IMG/VR virus record: IMGVR_UViG_3300037483_001116
Location: 32,001-96,000 of that record
DNA length: 64,000 bases
Source: a virus
Direction: 5' to 3' (one strand)
Shown: one piece after another, positions 34,700 to 43,573 of the stretch
Position numbering within the stretch: position 1 is the stretch's first letter
Layout: every line of letters begins with the position of its first letter
Notes under the pieces: generated by a model
What the model was told of the DNA's origin: nothing
What the model saw: only the letters and a program-made list of their open reading frames with translations
Databases searched by the model: none
Position numbers and translations under genes: made by a program

Positions 34700-34771
34700 T
34701 AGAGCGTAGGAGAATCGAACTCCTCTTCTTCTCGCTGAGAACGAGACGGGACACCACTACCCCAACGCTCC
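34700..34771 (-). tRNA. tRNA-Glu(CUC)
   Basis: loop TTCTCAG. Confidence 0.8.
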
Positions 34772-34807
34772 ATTGGCCCTGGGAGGCGGTATCTCCCAGG
34801 GAGCTTG

Positions 34808-35830
34808 CTACTTGATGAGGTACAGGTACCGGGTGCCAGCGATCAACTTCCGGTTGATCGACGTCGACTGGACGAAGATGTCGAAGTCGGCGTTGTGGTT
34901 GGGGCTGACCCGTACGTTCATGTCGGGCAGGCCAATCATCTGCCGCGCGTCCCGGCCGCTGTACACCTTGTGGTCTTTCTTGCCGACCACGATGATGTCC
35001 TTCGACGCCTGGATCTCTTCGCGCTTCATCAGCTGGTAGAACCCGCGGCCGACCTGATAGGTGTGGCCACACTGCTTGGTGAACTCGTCGATGCGGCCGT
35101 CGGTAGGCACCGGCACCAGGATGTAGCTGCCTCGGGCCAGCGGCGCGAGGCCAGCCTGGGCGATGGTCTGGACGTTGACGGCGTCAGCCCCGGTGGAGAA
35201 CAGGCTGCGGGTTGACCGGACGCCGGTGGCTCGGGCCTGCATGTAGCTGTCGGTGGCGGCCCTGACCCTGTCGCCAGCCTCCGAGACACCCTTGGCGGAA
35301 TTCGCGTCCCAGATTTCGATGTTGCCGGCCGGGAAGCCGAACTTCTTCGCCTCGTGCACGCCGCGGGCGTTGGGCACCAAGGCGGCCAAGGTCCAGTGGT
35401 CTTTGAGGTCCTTGAGGGCCTGCTGCAACGTGTAGGCGGTATTGCGGCTGCGGTTTTCTTCGCCGTCGGTCAGGACGTAGACCAAGAACGAATGGTCCCC
35501 ATACCGTTCTGGTGTTTCGCCCAGGTCCCGGATGCTCTGCAAGGTGGCGTCGATGAACGCGGTGTTGCCGTTGGGGCGGTAGTACTGGGCGATGCTCGGC
35601 AGCCGGAGCACGTCCTTGTCCCACACGACGCAGTGAATGTTGGTGGGGTCGGCGAACGTCCAGACCGAGATGCGGGTTTCTTGGTCCAGTTCGCGGGACC
35701 GGCGGGCTAAGTGCTCGATCTGGCTGTCGGCGACTTTGACCAGGTCGTGCTTGTACGGGTCCATGGAGGTGGAGGCGTCTAACACGAGGCCGATGTGGTT
35801 GATGATGTTCGCGGCGGCTGCGGCGGGCAT
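34808..35830 (-). CDS. vWA-domain protein
   Basis: LVLDASTSM MIDAS, NGNTAFIDA, VLTDGEENRS. Confidence 0.85.
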   Translation of the reverse strand: MPAAAAANIINHIGLVLDASTSMDPYKHDLVKVADSQIEHLARRSRELDQETRISVWTFADPTNIHCVVWDKDVLRLPSIAQYYRPNGNTAFIDATLQSIRDLGETPERYGDHSFLVYVLTDGEENRSRNTAYTLQQALKDLKDHWTLAALVPNARGVHEAKKFGFPAGNIEIWDANSAKGVSEAGDRVRAATDSYMQARATGVRSTRSLFSTGADAVNVQTIAQAGLAPLARGSYILVPVPTDGRIDEFTKQCGHTYQVGRGFYQLMKREEIQASKDIIVVGKKDHKVYSGRDARQMIGLPDMNVRVSPNHNADFDIFVQSTSINRKLIAGTRYLYLIK

Positions 35831-35974
35831 GCGTGGCTCTCTTCCAGGCGGAGGTACGGTGTGCCCCGTATCTTCCGGCTGGGGTATGACATTTTTGGCT
35901 AGGGAGGAACCGTGTACCCGGTCTTCCTGTCTCCCGCGAGACGCAGACCGTACGGCCGGTCTCTGTCCCTAACG

Positions 35975-36046
35975 TGCTCCCGGGCGGAATCGAACCGCCG
36001 TATCTCGGGCTTCAACCGAGTGCTACACCATCTCAGCTACAGGAGC
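35975..36046 (-). tRNA. tRNA-Phe(GAA)
   Basis: loop TTGAAGC. Confidence 0.9.
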
Positions 36047-36157
36047 GCAGGATTCCTTTTCCCCCGACGCCGTGGCGCCGTGTGTGGTGGTACTGGGGAA
36101 TCCCTAGGACCGTCACCGTTGAGTCTGCCCGCACGGTCCCTGACACGAGCAGCGGAG

Positions 36158-36340
36158 CTATAGAGATTCCGGTTGCCGTACATCACCTTTGGCGAAGCTC
36201 AAAGTGACCACGGCCGACTTCGCCACGTTGGGGTGGTCGTAGAATTCGATGTACCTGGACTTGTGGCTCTTGAATTTGGCGACGAAACGGGTGCCGTTCC
36301 GCATCCAGACGATGACGCGTTTGCCTTGCTGTACGGACAT
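36158..36340 (-). CDS. small basic protein
   Basis: MSVQQGKRVIVWMRNGTRF. Confidence 0.5.
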   Translation of the reverse strand: MSVQQGKRVIVWMRNGTRFVAKFKSHKSRYIEFYDHPNVAKSAVVTLSFAKGDVRQPESL

Positions 36341-36378
36341 GTGGCCGCTGCGTCTCACTGGATTCCTCCAAGAGGATT

Positions 36379-36455
36379 TGGGCCCCGCCGAGGAATCAAA
36401 CCTCGGACCTCCAGCCCGATCGCGGGCTGGCGCTCTATCGATAAGCTATCGGGGC
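36379..36455 (-). ncRNA. tRNA-like RNA with 8-bp anticodon stem and tetraloop
   Basis: CCAGCCCG-CGAT-CGGGCTGG; ends CCCA. Confidence 0.55.
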
Positions 36456-36568
36456 TTGTCGGCCCCGGCCCTTCACCGGCCAGTCCATGGCCGGCGGGTA
36501 CCGGGGCCTCTAAATGCTGCACCGTCCGGGGAAGGTGTTGGTGCAGCAGCTACGCGCGGGTCATGGCG

Positions 36569-38125
36569 TTACGCTACCGCGACCCGGTACACGTGGTGGC
36601 TGTACTCAGCTGCGAACGTGTCGGTGAATCGGCCACCGGTCACAGTCAAGGTCCGGTTCTCGCCGACGACCTCGACGCTTGTGCCGGTCACGCCGGCCGG
36701 CAGGGTGAACGTCTTGGCGCCAGCCGTTTCCTTAAGGCCGATGTCCGCGAAGATGTACGCCGAACCCTGGTAGACCTTCAGCATCGTGTCTGTACCGTTG
36801 TCGAAGTCATACCGGTAGGACTGGGTGTTGATGACCGGCGCCAGACCGCGCACCGTGGCGTTGAGGGCGGTGAGACTGGTTTCCATCGCACGCTCGCACG
36901 CAGATCCCTCGTCGCATGCCGGGTCGTTGTTGTGCATGAAGTACGAGATACCGCGCGCCTCGTGGATGATCATTGACCAGACGGCGCCCTCGATTTGGTC
37001 GGGCGTGATCGTCCGGGCACCAGCGTCGCCGAGTAGCGGCCGTGCCGTTTCGACAAATCCCCACGCCGGCTTGAGGGTGTTCGGCGCCATGAACGAGCGC
37101 ATTTGGTCGACCTGCCAGCCGTACGCCGCCGCGGTTGCCGGGTCCGCTCCGGCCGGCCAGTCCGGGGAGTGGAGCAATAGGTCGTCGACGTCGGGGCTGG
37201 TGTACGAGTACTTGTCGGCGCTGACCGAGTCCATCAGGGCAACGTGGTCGTCCATTGTGGTCGGTGCCCACCAGGTACGCGTGATGCCGTTGCCGAAGTT
37301 GGCGTGCTTGAACCGGCCGTCGTTGTATGCCGTTACTTTGTCCACGTAGGACTGCTGCACGGCCAGGCGGCCGTACTCGCCGTTGTCGTTGTTCCAGTCG
37401 GGGGTGCAGTCGCTGTAGCCCATCTCGCACTCATCGGAGATGAACCACGACACCACGCGCGGGTCGTTGCCCACCTCCGCCGGGGTCCATTCTTCTTGCT
37501 GGGCCATGACGAACATGCCCTGATTGGTCACGGTCGACATCGGCCAGATCGCGACGTTGTGCTCCATGGCCTGATACGTGTTGATGCCCAGGCTCTTGTA
37601 CCGGGCCGCGTCCTGCATCTTGCCGAGGAACACGCTGATCGGGAAGAAGTTGGGATCGGTCCAGCCGACCGACTGAGCTTTCGGGAAGTTGGTCCAGTAT
37701 GTCGATCCGCCCTCCCATGGGATGCGCGGCAGAGTGAGCACACCGCCCGATGGGGTCACGGTCGGCGTTGGCGTCGGAGTGGGCGTACCTGTCGACGGGC
37801 TTGGCGTCGGCGACACCGACGGACTTGGGCTGGCGGATGGGCTCGGGCTGGCGGACCCAGTTGGGTCCGGCGTCAGGCCGGCGCCGAAGATGGCGATGCA
37901 GTCGGTCAGCCAGTTCCGGGCTCGGGCCGACAATCCGGCCGTGCCCTGCGCCTTGCGGTCCACGCACCATTGGCCGAGCTGGTCGGGGGCCAGTGCCGGT
38001 ACCGACAGGTCCACCGGTGCGGCGGCAAGCTGACGTGGCGTGCCCCAAGATGACAGAAGAGTCCCTGCCACAAGAGCGACGGCGATGAGGGCCGACGTGA
38101 AAGCAATGCGTTTACTGCGTATCAT
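36569..38125 (-). CDS. secreted glycoside-hydrolase-like protein
   Basis: signal peptide, S/P/T linker, FFPISV..WFISDE..WGFVET..IHEARGISYF TIM-barrel-like motifs. Confidence 0.6.
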   Translation of the reverse strand: MIRSKRIAFTSALIAVALVAGTLLSSWGTPRQLAAAPVDLSVPALAPDQLGQWCVDRKAQGTAGLSARARNWLTDCIAIFGAGLTPDPTGSASPSPSASPSPSVSPTPSPSTGTPTPTPTPTVTPSGGVLTLPRIPWEGGSTYWTNFPKAQSVGWTDPNFFPISVFLGKMQDAARYKSLGINTYQAMEHNVAIWPMSTVTNQGMFVMAQQEEWTPAEVGNDPRVVSWFISDECEMGYSDCTPDWNNDNGEYGRLAVQQSYVDKVTAYNDGRFKHANFGNGITRTWWAPTTMDDHVALMDSVSADKYSYTSPDVDDLLLHSPDWPAGADPATAAAYGWQVDQMRSFMAPNTLKPAWGFVETARPLLGDAGARTITPDQIEGAVWSMIIHEARGISYFMHNNDPACDEGSACERAMETSLTALNATVRGLAPVINTQSYRYDFDNGTDTMLKVYQGSAYIFADIGLKETAGAKTFTLPAGVTGTSVEVVGENRTLTVTGGRFTDTFAAEYSHHVYRVAVA

Positions 38126-38290
38126 CTGCGATCCTTTTCGGTGACCCCGTGTGGCCATTCGAGAAGATCCCGAATAGTTTGCACGGGCCAGCTTGTTGCT
38201 GGCCGTACGCGATTTGGAAGTTCGATGAGCTATGGAACGTGGAGCCGGTGCGGGCGGAGGTACTCGCTCCGGAGTTTCCCAACACCGACG

Positions 38291-38363
38291 TGGAGATGAG
38301 GAGATTCGAACTCCTTGCCTCTGCGTTGCGAACACAGCGCTCTACCAAGTGAGCTACACCCCC
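38291..38363 (-). tRNA. tRNA-Ala(CGC)
   Basis: loop TTCGCAA, G3:U70. Confidence 0.9.
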
Positions 38364-38558
38364 AAGGGCCAGGTTGCGGAGAGGGATCGCACCTTCCGAT
38401 GGCCCTGAGGACCATTCCCCACTAAGGGAACCTAGAACACGACCTGGCCGAAAGAAAACGATCGCGCATCGATCCTCCCGAACCCCGCTGCAAACGGTAC
38501 TGGGTCAACCCCTGGAGGGGCAGCCTTTGCAGGACTGCCCCCTACGGGAGGATCAACG

Positions 38559-38633
38559 TGGAGGTAAACGGATTCGAACCGATGACTCCCACACTGCCAG
38601 TGTGGTGCTCTGACCGGACTGAGCTATACCCCC
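38559..38633 (-). tRNA. tRNA-Ala(GGC)
   Basis: loop CTGGCAG. Confidence 0.9.
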
Positions 38634-38852
38634 AAAGTTTTGACCCGCCTTTCTGGCCCTCAGGACGGGTCCACCGAGGCATCATCCAGCCGGCACAAAC
38701 GGCTGCTGCCATATCGGAAAGCTTGGTTGCGCTGGTCGTTGCTCCTTCGGCGACTTAATCCGACTCCCGGACCAACAAGGGACCACATGTCCGCCCCACG
38801 ATCCGGGCCGGGCTACCAGTCACGGCGCCCATATTTGCATCAACCAGCACAG

Positions 38853-38926
38853 TCGGGACGGAGCGATTTGAACGCTCGACCCCTCGCTCCCAAAGCGAGT
38901 GCCCTACCTGACTGGGCCACGTCCCG
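38853..38926 (-). tRNA. tRNA-Pro(UGG)
   Basis: loop TTTGGGA. Confidence 0.9.
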
Positions 38927-39139
38927 AAGTTCCGGGCCCTTGGTCGATAAGACATCGGCTTTCGCCTAGACCATGCGCAACCAAGGGCCCGGAGCAATAT
39001 GAAGAAGTCCTGGCCCCAAACCCGAGAAGGTTCCTCGGACCGGCCTAGGCCCCTTGAGACAGGGGGGCCAGGACTTTTACACACATGCTGTCCACTGTGA
39101 AGTTCTCAAGGAACACCCCGAAGCACTGGGGTTCTTGCG

Positions 39140-39212
39140 CAGGGGCGACAGGATTCGAACCTGCGACCTTCGGTTTTGGAGACCGACGCACCACCAGTTG
39201 TGCTACGCCCCT
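39140..39212 (-). tRNA. tRNA-Trp(CCA)
   Basis: loop CTCCAAA. Confidence 0.9.
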
Positions 39213-39503
39213 ATGTATTCAGTTATGGAAGAGCCGCCCTTGTCCGAGATTCTAGTCCCGGGGGGCGGCTCCAGCTTCTTGAGCTTGAGCGGCCCTACAC
39301 CTTGGGCTCCCGGTAGAAGGAGGCTGGTCGGCTGGGGTTCAGCATGGCAGTATCGCCACACGGGAGCACCAGGTGCAACCGGTTGTGCGATTCTGTCCCG
39401 AACATGCTGTTACCTCCGACTAGGCGGCTCATCTGGAGCCTGTCACATTGTGGTGGCCTTCCGCAAGGATGTTCGTTCCTGTGTTGTCCGGCCTGACACG
39501 AGA

Positions 39504-39533
39504 ACCGTACCCGTACCCAGGGGTGTGGGTCAA
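39504..39533 (-). promoter_or_regulatory. promoter at the head of the tRNA cluster
   Basis: TTGACC-18 nt-TACGGT. Confidence 0.5.
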
Positions 39534-39553
39534 GGGGTTTGGTTCAAGATCTT

Positions 39554-39940
39554 CTACTCGCAGGCGACCCCGTCGCTGTCCCCGTCCCGGTACCAGCCGT
39601 ACTCCCCGTCCACCCCCTTGACGTACGGCCCGAGCCCATGCTGCTTGACCTCGGCACAGGTGGCATACCGAGGGTCCATCTGGTCTGGATGCGGGGCTAC
39701 CACGGGAGCCGGCGGGGCTGTGGTGGGTGTCGGCGGCATGGTGGTTGGCGCAACGGTCGCTGACGCAGGGGCCGGTGAGGATGTAGCTGACGACTCCGAG
39801 GCGACGACGCCGGAGATTGTTGGTATGACCTTGTCCTGGCCGGAGCCGAAGACCTTGGCCGCGCAGCAGCAAACGAGGACCAACGCCACGGCGACGCCCA
39901 GAGCGATGAGCCAGGGCCGGATCGATGGATTCAGCTTCAC
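39554..39940 (-). CDS. Excalibur calcium-binding domain membrane protein
   Basis: YATCAEV...YRDGDSDGVACE C-terminus; N-terminal TM. Confidence 0.85.
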   Translation of the reverse strand: MKLNPSIRPWLIALGVAVALVLVCCCAAKVFGSGQDKVIPTISGVVASESSATSSPAPASATVAPTTMPPTPTTAPPAPVVAPHPDQMDPRYATCAEVKQHGLGPYVKGVDGEYGWYRDGDSDGVACE

Positions 39941-39949
39941 GTCGACAGG

Positions 39950-40147
39950 CTAGCGCGGCTTGGCCGGATCGTTCGAGGTAGCCCACACCAGGGCGCCCGT
40001 GCCGACGGCGGCGATGGCCCCAAGCGCAATCTCCCACACGGTGATATGCCCGTCGGCCAGGGCCGCGGTAATAGCTACGCCTAAAGAACCAGTGACGGCG
40101 ACAACGGCCTTAGCGATTGTCGGGCCTTGATCCAGGGGTTGTGTCAT
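39950..40147 (-). CDS. small two-TM holin-like protein
   Basis: AKAVVA...ALADGHITVWEI...GALVW. Confidence 0.55.
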   Translation of the reverse strand: MTQPLDQGPTIAKAVVAVTGSLGVAITAALADGHITVWEIALGAIAAVGTGALVWATSNDPAKPR

Positions 40148-40182
40148 AGCTTCCATTGTGCCCTGAAGATCGTGAACACAAA

Positions 40183-40212
40183 AGGGCCCCGGAGCCGAAG
40201 CTCCAGGGCCCT
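40183..40212 (-). terminator. Rho-independent terminator
   Basis: AGGGCCCTGGAGCTTCGGCTCCGGGGCCC-TTTT on minus strand. Confidence 0.7.
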
Positions 40213-40223
40213 TTCCGAGCGAC

Positions 40224-40349
40224 TTAGCGACCAGTGGTGGTCGCCGACGGAACGATGCTGAGGATCTGGAAGATCCACGGCTTGAATAGAACGATCAGAG
40301 CTATGGCTCCAATGATGGCCAGGACAGTTTTGACGTTCATCGGGGTCAT
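40224..40349 (-). CDS. small TM peptide
   Basis: AAAGGA RBS; MTPMNVKTVLAIIGAIALIVLFKPW. Confidence 0.5.
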   Translation of the reverse strand: MTPMNVKTVLAIIGAIALIVLFKPWIFQILSIVPSATTTGR

Positions 40350-40383
40350 CATCCTTTGTCGTTGTTGTCGAACGCCGACAACC

Positions 40384-41997
40384 TCAGTCCTTGTGAGTCC
40401 AAGGCCACTCGGCTCGCTGTCCCGATTCGATCATCGGGATCATAGCGAAAGTTGCATCCGTCAATCCCGCGAGCTGGTGCCGGGTGCTGGAGGTGTCCAA
40501 CATAGCCGGTGCGTAACCCGCAAGATTGAGTGAATAGATCGGAACTGATGTCGGGATCTGGGATCCGACGTCGCCCTGCCAGTAGCCCCGGCCGGGCCCG
40601 AAGGTTTGCTCATCGGTGAAGATGGCAACCCGGTCGTGGCCCTTGAAGGTGGCCTTCAAGGCCGCCGCGGTGTGGGTGCCACCGCCGCGGACTTTTCGGT
40701 TGAACTCTTCCACCGACCGTAGAACGCTAGCGCCCTTCCGATGCTTGTGCTCCCAGACAGTGTCGTCGAACCCATACAGGTCCACCTGCTCGCCCTTGTT
40801 CGCCAAGGCGACACCGAACAGGGCCGCAGCGTGCAGAATCTGGATCTTCGACTCCTTGGACAGAGTCTTGCCGACCATCGACCCAGACGTGTCGATCAGC
40901 ACCAAGGTGCGATGCCGCCACGCCGGGATGTTGGCCGTCGAATACTGCAGCGCGGTCTCCAGGGCCTGCACCCACTGTGACCCTTGGGCGTACAGGTATG
41001 CCGTCAGGAACCGGAACGGCAACTGCCGCGAGTTCATGACGCCGGTCTGGCTTTCCAACCGCTCGCAGACCAGCCTGGTGGCCTCGCGCGAGATGCCGGC
41101 CTCCTGGAGGTTGCGCAGGTTCTTCAGCAATGCGCCGAAGCCCATGACTGGGATCAGGTTCTCCCAGACGTCGGCGGTCATGGCACCCCACGAGGAGGCC
41201 TGCTCCCACGTGATGCCGGCAGCCCGCAGAATCTCCTCCGAGTCGTCGCCGAACATCAGGTCCCGCTTCGCCCTGTCCGGCAGGGCCAGGATCGCCGCCC
41301 GCTTCTGCAGCATAGGCAGCTCTTCCGGGATCGGCGTCTTCGAGTCTCGCCGCGAATCCAGGATGTACTTGAACAGCGCCGACTGGGCGAACGACTTCGG
41401 CTCCGGGTGGCACAACTCGATCACGTCAGCCATGGTGACGGCCTTGTCGCCGCCGTTCCACTTGATCAGGGCGTATTCGTTGTACTTGGCCCGTGCCGCG
41501 TCCCCGAATCCACGCCGGATACCGGCTGGAATCTTGCGGCCGTAGGTGGCCAGCCAGTAGGCCAAGCCGTCGGCGACTTCGTCAGGCCGGGCGACCATGT
41601 AGAAGTCGCGCAGCAGCTGACGGGAAGGTCCGGCGGCCGAGCCTGGCTGACCGGCGGCCAGCATCGTCTTCGCGGCTTCGACGGCGGCGACGACCGCGGC
41701 GGTGCGGATGTTGGCCTTGTCCCGCAGCCAGGGGATGAACTCCAGAATCCAGGCCGGGTCCTCGGCGGCAACGGTCCGGACCAGAGTGGCGAGACGCGCA
41801 TTGCGGTCGTTGGCCTTCTCGTGGAAAGTCTCTTCGCCGTAGAAGGTAGACACGGCCAGGAGGAACAGGTCTGACTTGGCGTCACGGCTGTACGCCGGGG
41901 CACCTAAGTAGGTCTTGGTGTCCTGGGCGACAGTACGTAACGGAGAGCCGGCGTTGGGTGTGGCCGTCTTGGTGCCGCGCTTGTTGACGGTGGCCAT
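40384..41997 (-). CDS. rsr: Ro60/TROVE RNA-binding protein
   Basis: DLFLLAVS.FYGE.TFHE, YALIKW, ALLKNLRNL, SRQLPFRFLTAY, vWA IDTSGSM, FTDEQ. Confidence 0.92.
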   Translation of the reverse strand: MATVNKRGTKTATPNAGSPLRTVAQDTKTYLGAPAYSRDAKSDLFLLAVSTFYGEETFHEKANDRNARLATLVRTVAAEDPAWILEFIPWLRDKANIRTAAVVAAVEAAKTMLAAGQPGSAAGPSRQLLRDFYMVARPDEVADGLAYWLATYGRKIPAGIRRGFGDAARAKYNEYALIKWNGGDKAVTMADVIELCHPEPKSFAQSALFKYILDSRRDSKTPIPEELPMLQKRAAILALPDRAKRDLMFGDDSEEILRAAGITWEQASSWGAMTADVWENLIPVMGFGALLKNLRNLQEAGISREATRLVCERLESQTGVMNSRQLPFRFLTAYLYAQGSQWVQALETALQYSTANIPAWRHRTLVLIDTSGSMVGKTLSKESKIQILHAAALFGVALANKGEQVDLYGFDDTVWEHKHRKGASVLRSVEEFNRKVRGGGTHTAAALKATFKGHDRVAIFTDEQTFGPGRGYWQGDVGSQIPTSVPIYSLNLAGYAPAMLDTSSTRHQLAGLTDATFAMIPMIESGQRAEWPWTHKD

Positions 41998-42076
41998 GTC
42001 TTTCTCCCTCCAGGGGCAAACGAAGGCAGGGGCGGATCCTCGTCAGAGAATCCGCCCCCTGCTGGGACGTTGATAC

Positions 42077-42183
42077 TGTCAGGCGACGAGGTGACCCAAG
42101 AGTCCGCACCTTTGCGGCCTAGCCAACGAGTGGCTGGGGAGGAATTGAACCTTCGAAGTATCTCGGGCCGAACAGATCTGACA
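42077..42183 (-). ncRNA. Y RNA-like gene 5
   Basis: TGTCAGATCTG...GATACTTC...GTCGCCTGACA closing stem. Confidence 0.7.
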
Positions 42184-42194
42184 ACGAAGCTAAG

Positions 42195-42280
42195 GCTGGC
42201 ACGGGCAACAAGGGTGGGGCAACGCGATTTGGTCAAATTTGCAATTTGAAGTAGCGCTACTCCGGCGGATCCGTGCCAGC
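42195..42280 (-). ncRNA. Y RNA-like gene 4
   Basis: GGCACGGATCCG...GCTACTTC...GTTGCCCGTGCC. Confidence 0.7.
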
Positions 42281-42378
42281 GATCTTGAAGCAGGCCCATG
42301 TCCTGCAATGGGGTGTGGCTAGTCGGGCGGGGAAGGGTAAGGCCCGGAGTGGGCTGGTCGGGGATGGCCAGTCGATGG

Positions 42379-42445
42379 GTCGCCAGACAACTAGACGGCT
42401 TTTATCCCATTGATGAAGTAGCCCGAACCAAACGGACCTGGCGCC
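42379..42445 (-). ncRNA. Y RNA-like gene 3 (minimal)
   Basis: CGCCAGGTCCG...GCTACTTC...GTTGTCTGGCG. Confidence 0.7.
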
Positions 42446-42501
42446 CCGTTCGTGATCAAAACCTTGCCGGTCCCGGAGGACGACAAGGAGCAATATATTG
42501 C

Positions 42502-42635
42502 CCACCAGGCAACAAATCGGCGCGAGGTATAGAGTTCTACCAATTAAACTACATCGCCATAGCGGCGACGCCGGGACTCGAACCCGGGCCTCTTCATTAA
42601 CAGTGAAGTAACCCCATCGCCAGCGGATCTGGTGG
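42502..42635 (-). ncRNA. YrlA-like Y RNA 2
   Basis: CCACCAGATCCG...T-arm, loop-closed acceptor, D-arm...GTTGCCTGGTGG. Confidence 0.8.
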
Positions 42636-42644
42636 AAAGCTGTG

Positions 42645-42790
42645 TGTCGCCAGGCAACGTTTCGACTGAGGCAACGTTACGCGCTCTAGCCAGGCTGAGC
42701 TATACGGACATGGGTGCCCGCACCTGGATTTGAACCAGGGACCTCGCCCTCCGCATGGAAGTAGCCCCGATGTCCTCGGATCTGGCGACA
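42645..42790 (-). ncRNA. YrlA-like Y RNA 1
   Basis: GTCGCCAGATCCG...GGTTCAAATCC...TAGCTCAGCCTGGCTAGAGC...GTTGCCTGGCGAC. Confidence 0.8.
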
Positions 42791-42837
42791 AACGATCTTT
42801 AGTTGTCAGATGGTGCGGTCTGTGTGAGAACTTCTGA

Positions 42838-42867
42838 AACCTACCCCCGGGTCCGGGTGCCGGTCAA
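42838..42867 (-). promoter_or_regulatory. promoter for the Y RNA-Ro60 unit
   Basis: TTGACC-18 nt-TAGGTT. Confidence 0.5.
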
Positions 42868-43155
42868 GGGCCTTTGTGTAGATGGGAAGCCCTTGACCGG
42901 CAACCTGGGAAACTCCGACACGAAGGTGTGATTCATGCGCCTCACCCCTTTAGAGGCTGCCTGGCACATCTCCAGGACCACGCCTCCTTCGCGTCGGGCC
43001 CGTTCCCCCAGGAACGACCAACGGAACGAACCATACCCCGACGTGGGGGTAGGGTCAAGGGCAAGGCGAGGTGAGGCTAGGCCGAATCTGGCAGGGCATG
43101 GCAGGCAGGGCAGCGGCGGGAGCGTAGGCCCCCGGTCCACCAAGGGACCGGGGGC

Positions 43156-43461
43156 CTACTGCTGTCCGAGATCAAGTAGCAGGTGCACGTGCTGGTGCAG
43201 CCAGGCACGAAGCTGGGCGTCTTCGGCCCGGTCGAAGGCGTGCAGGCTAGCCAGCGCCGGTACCAGGTAATGCCTCTTCGGGGCGAAGACCGGCCGCCTG
43301 CGCCACAGCTCGTGGCGACGTTCCACGTGCAGCCGCACCGTTCTCCGGCCGGCGCGGTACACCTTGCCGACGTACACGCACCAGATCCCAGGCCCCACGT
43401 GGCAGGCGGGGCACTCGACTTCCAGGGACTCTTCGTCGTCGTGCCGCCAGTATTGCCGCAT
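43156..43461 (-). CDS. zinc-finger hypothetical protein
   Basis: VECPACHV.PG.WC...H.ERR. Confidence 0.6.
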   Translation of the reverse strand: MRQYWRHDDEESLEVECPACHVGPGIWCVYVGKVYRAGRRTVRLHVERRHELWRRRPVFAPKRHYLVPALASLHAFDRAEDAQLRAWLHQHVHLLLDLGQQ

Positions 43462-43573
43462 ACCCGCGAGGCTAGCACCCCCACCTAGGGGTCATTGATT
43501 TGTATCTGTATCCCCTCGTGGGGGTACGCAATTCGCCACGGGTGAACTATCCTTATTCCCCCCTCTTGCCATT

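Noticed and set aside
20848-39212. Many track ORFs overlapping tRNAs, and 5' extensions such as 21204-21914, 29662-30234 and 36569-38335
   Set aside because: They translate tRNA sequence; the true starts lie downstream of the tRNAs.
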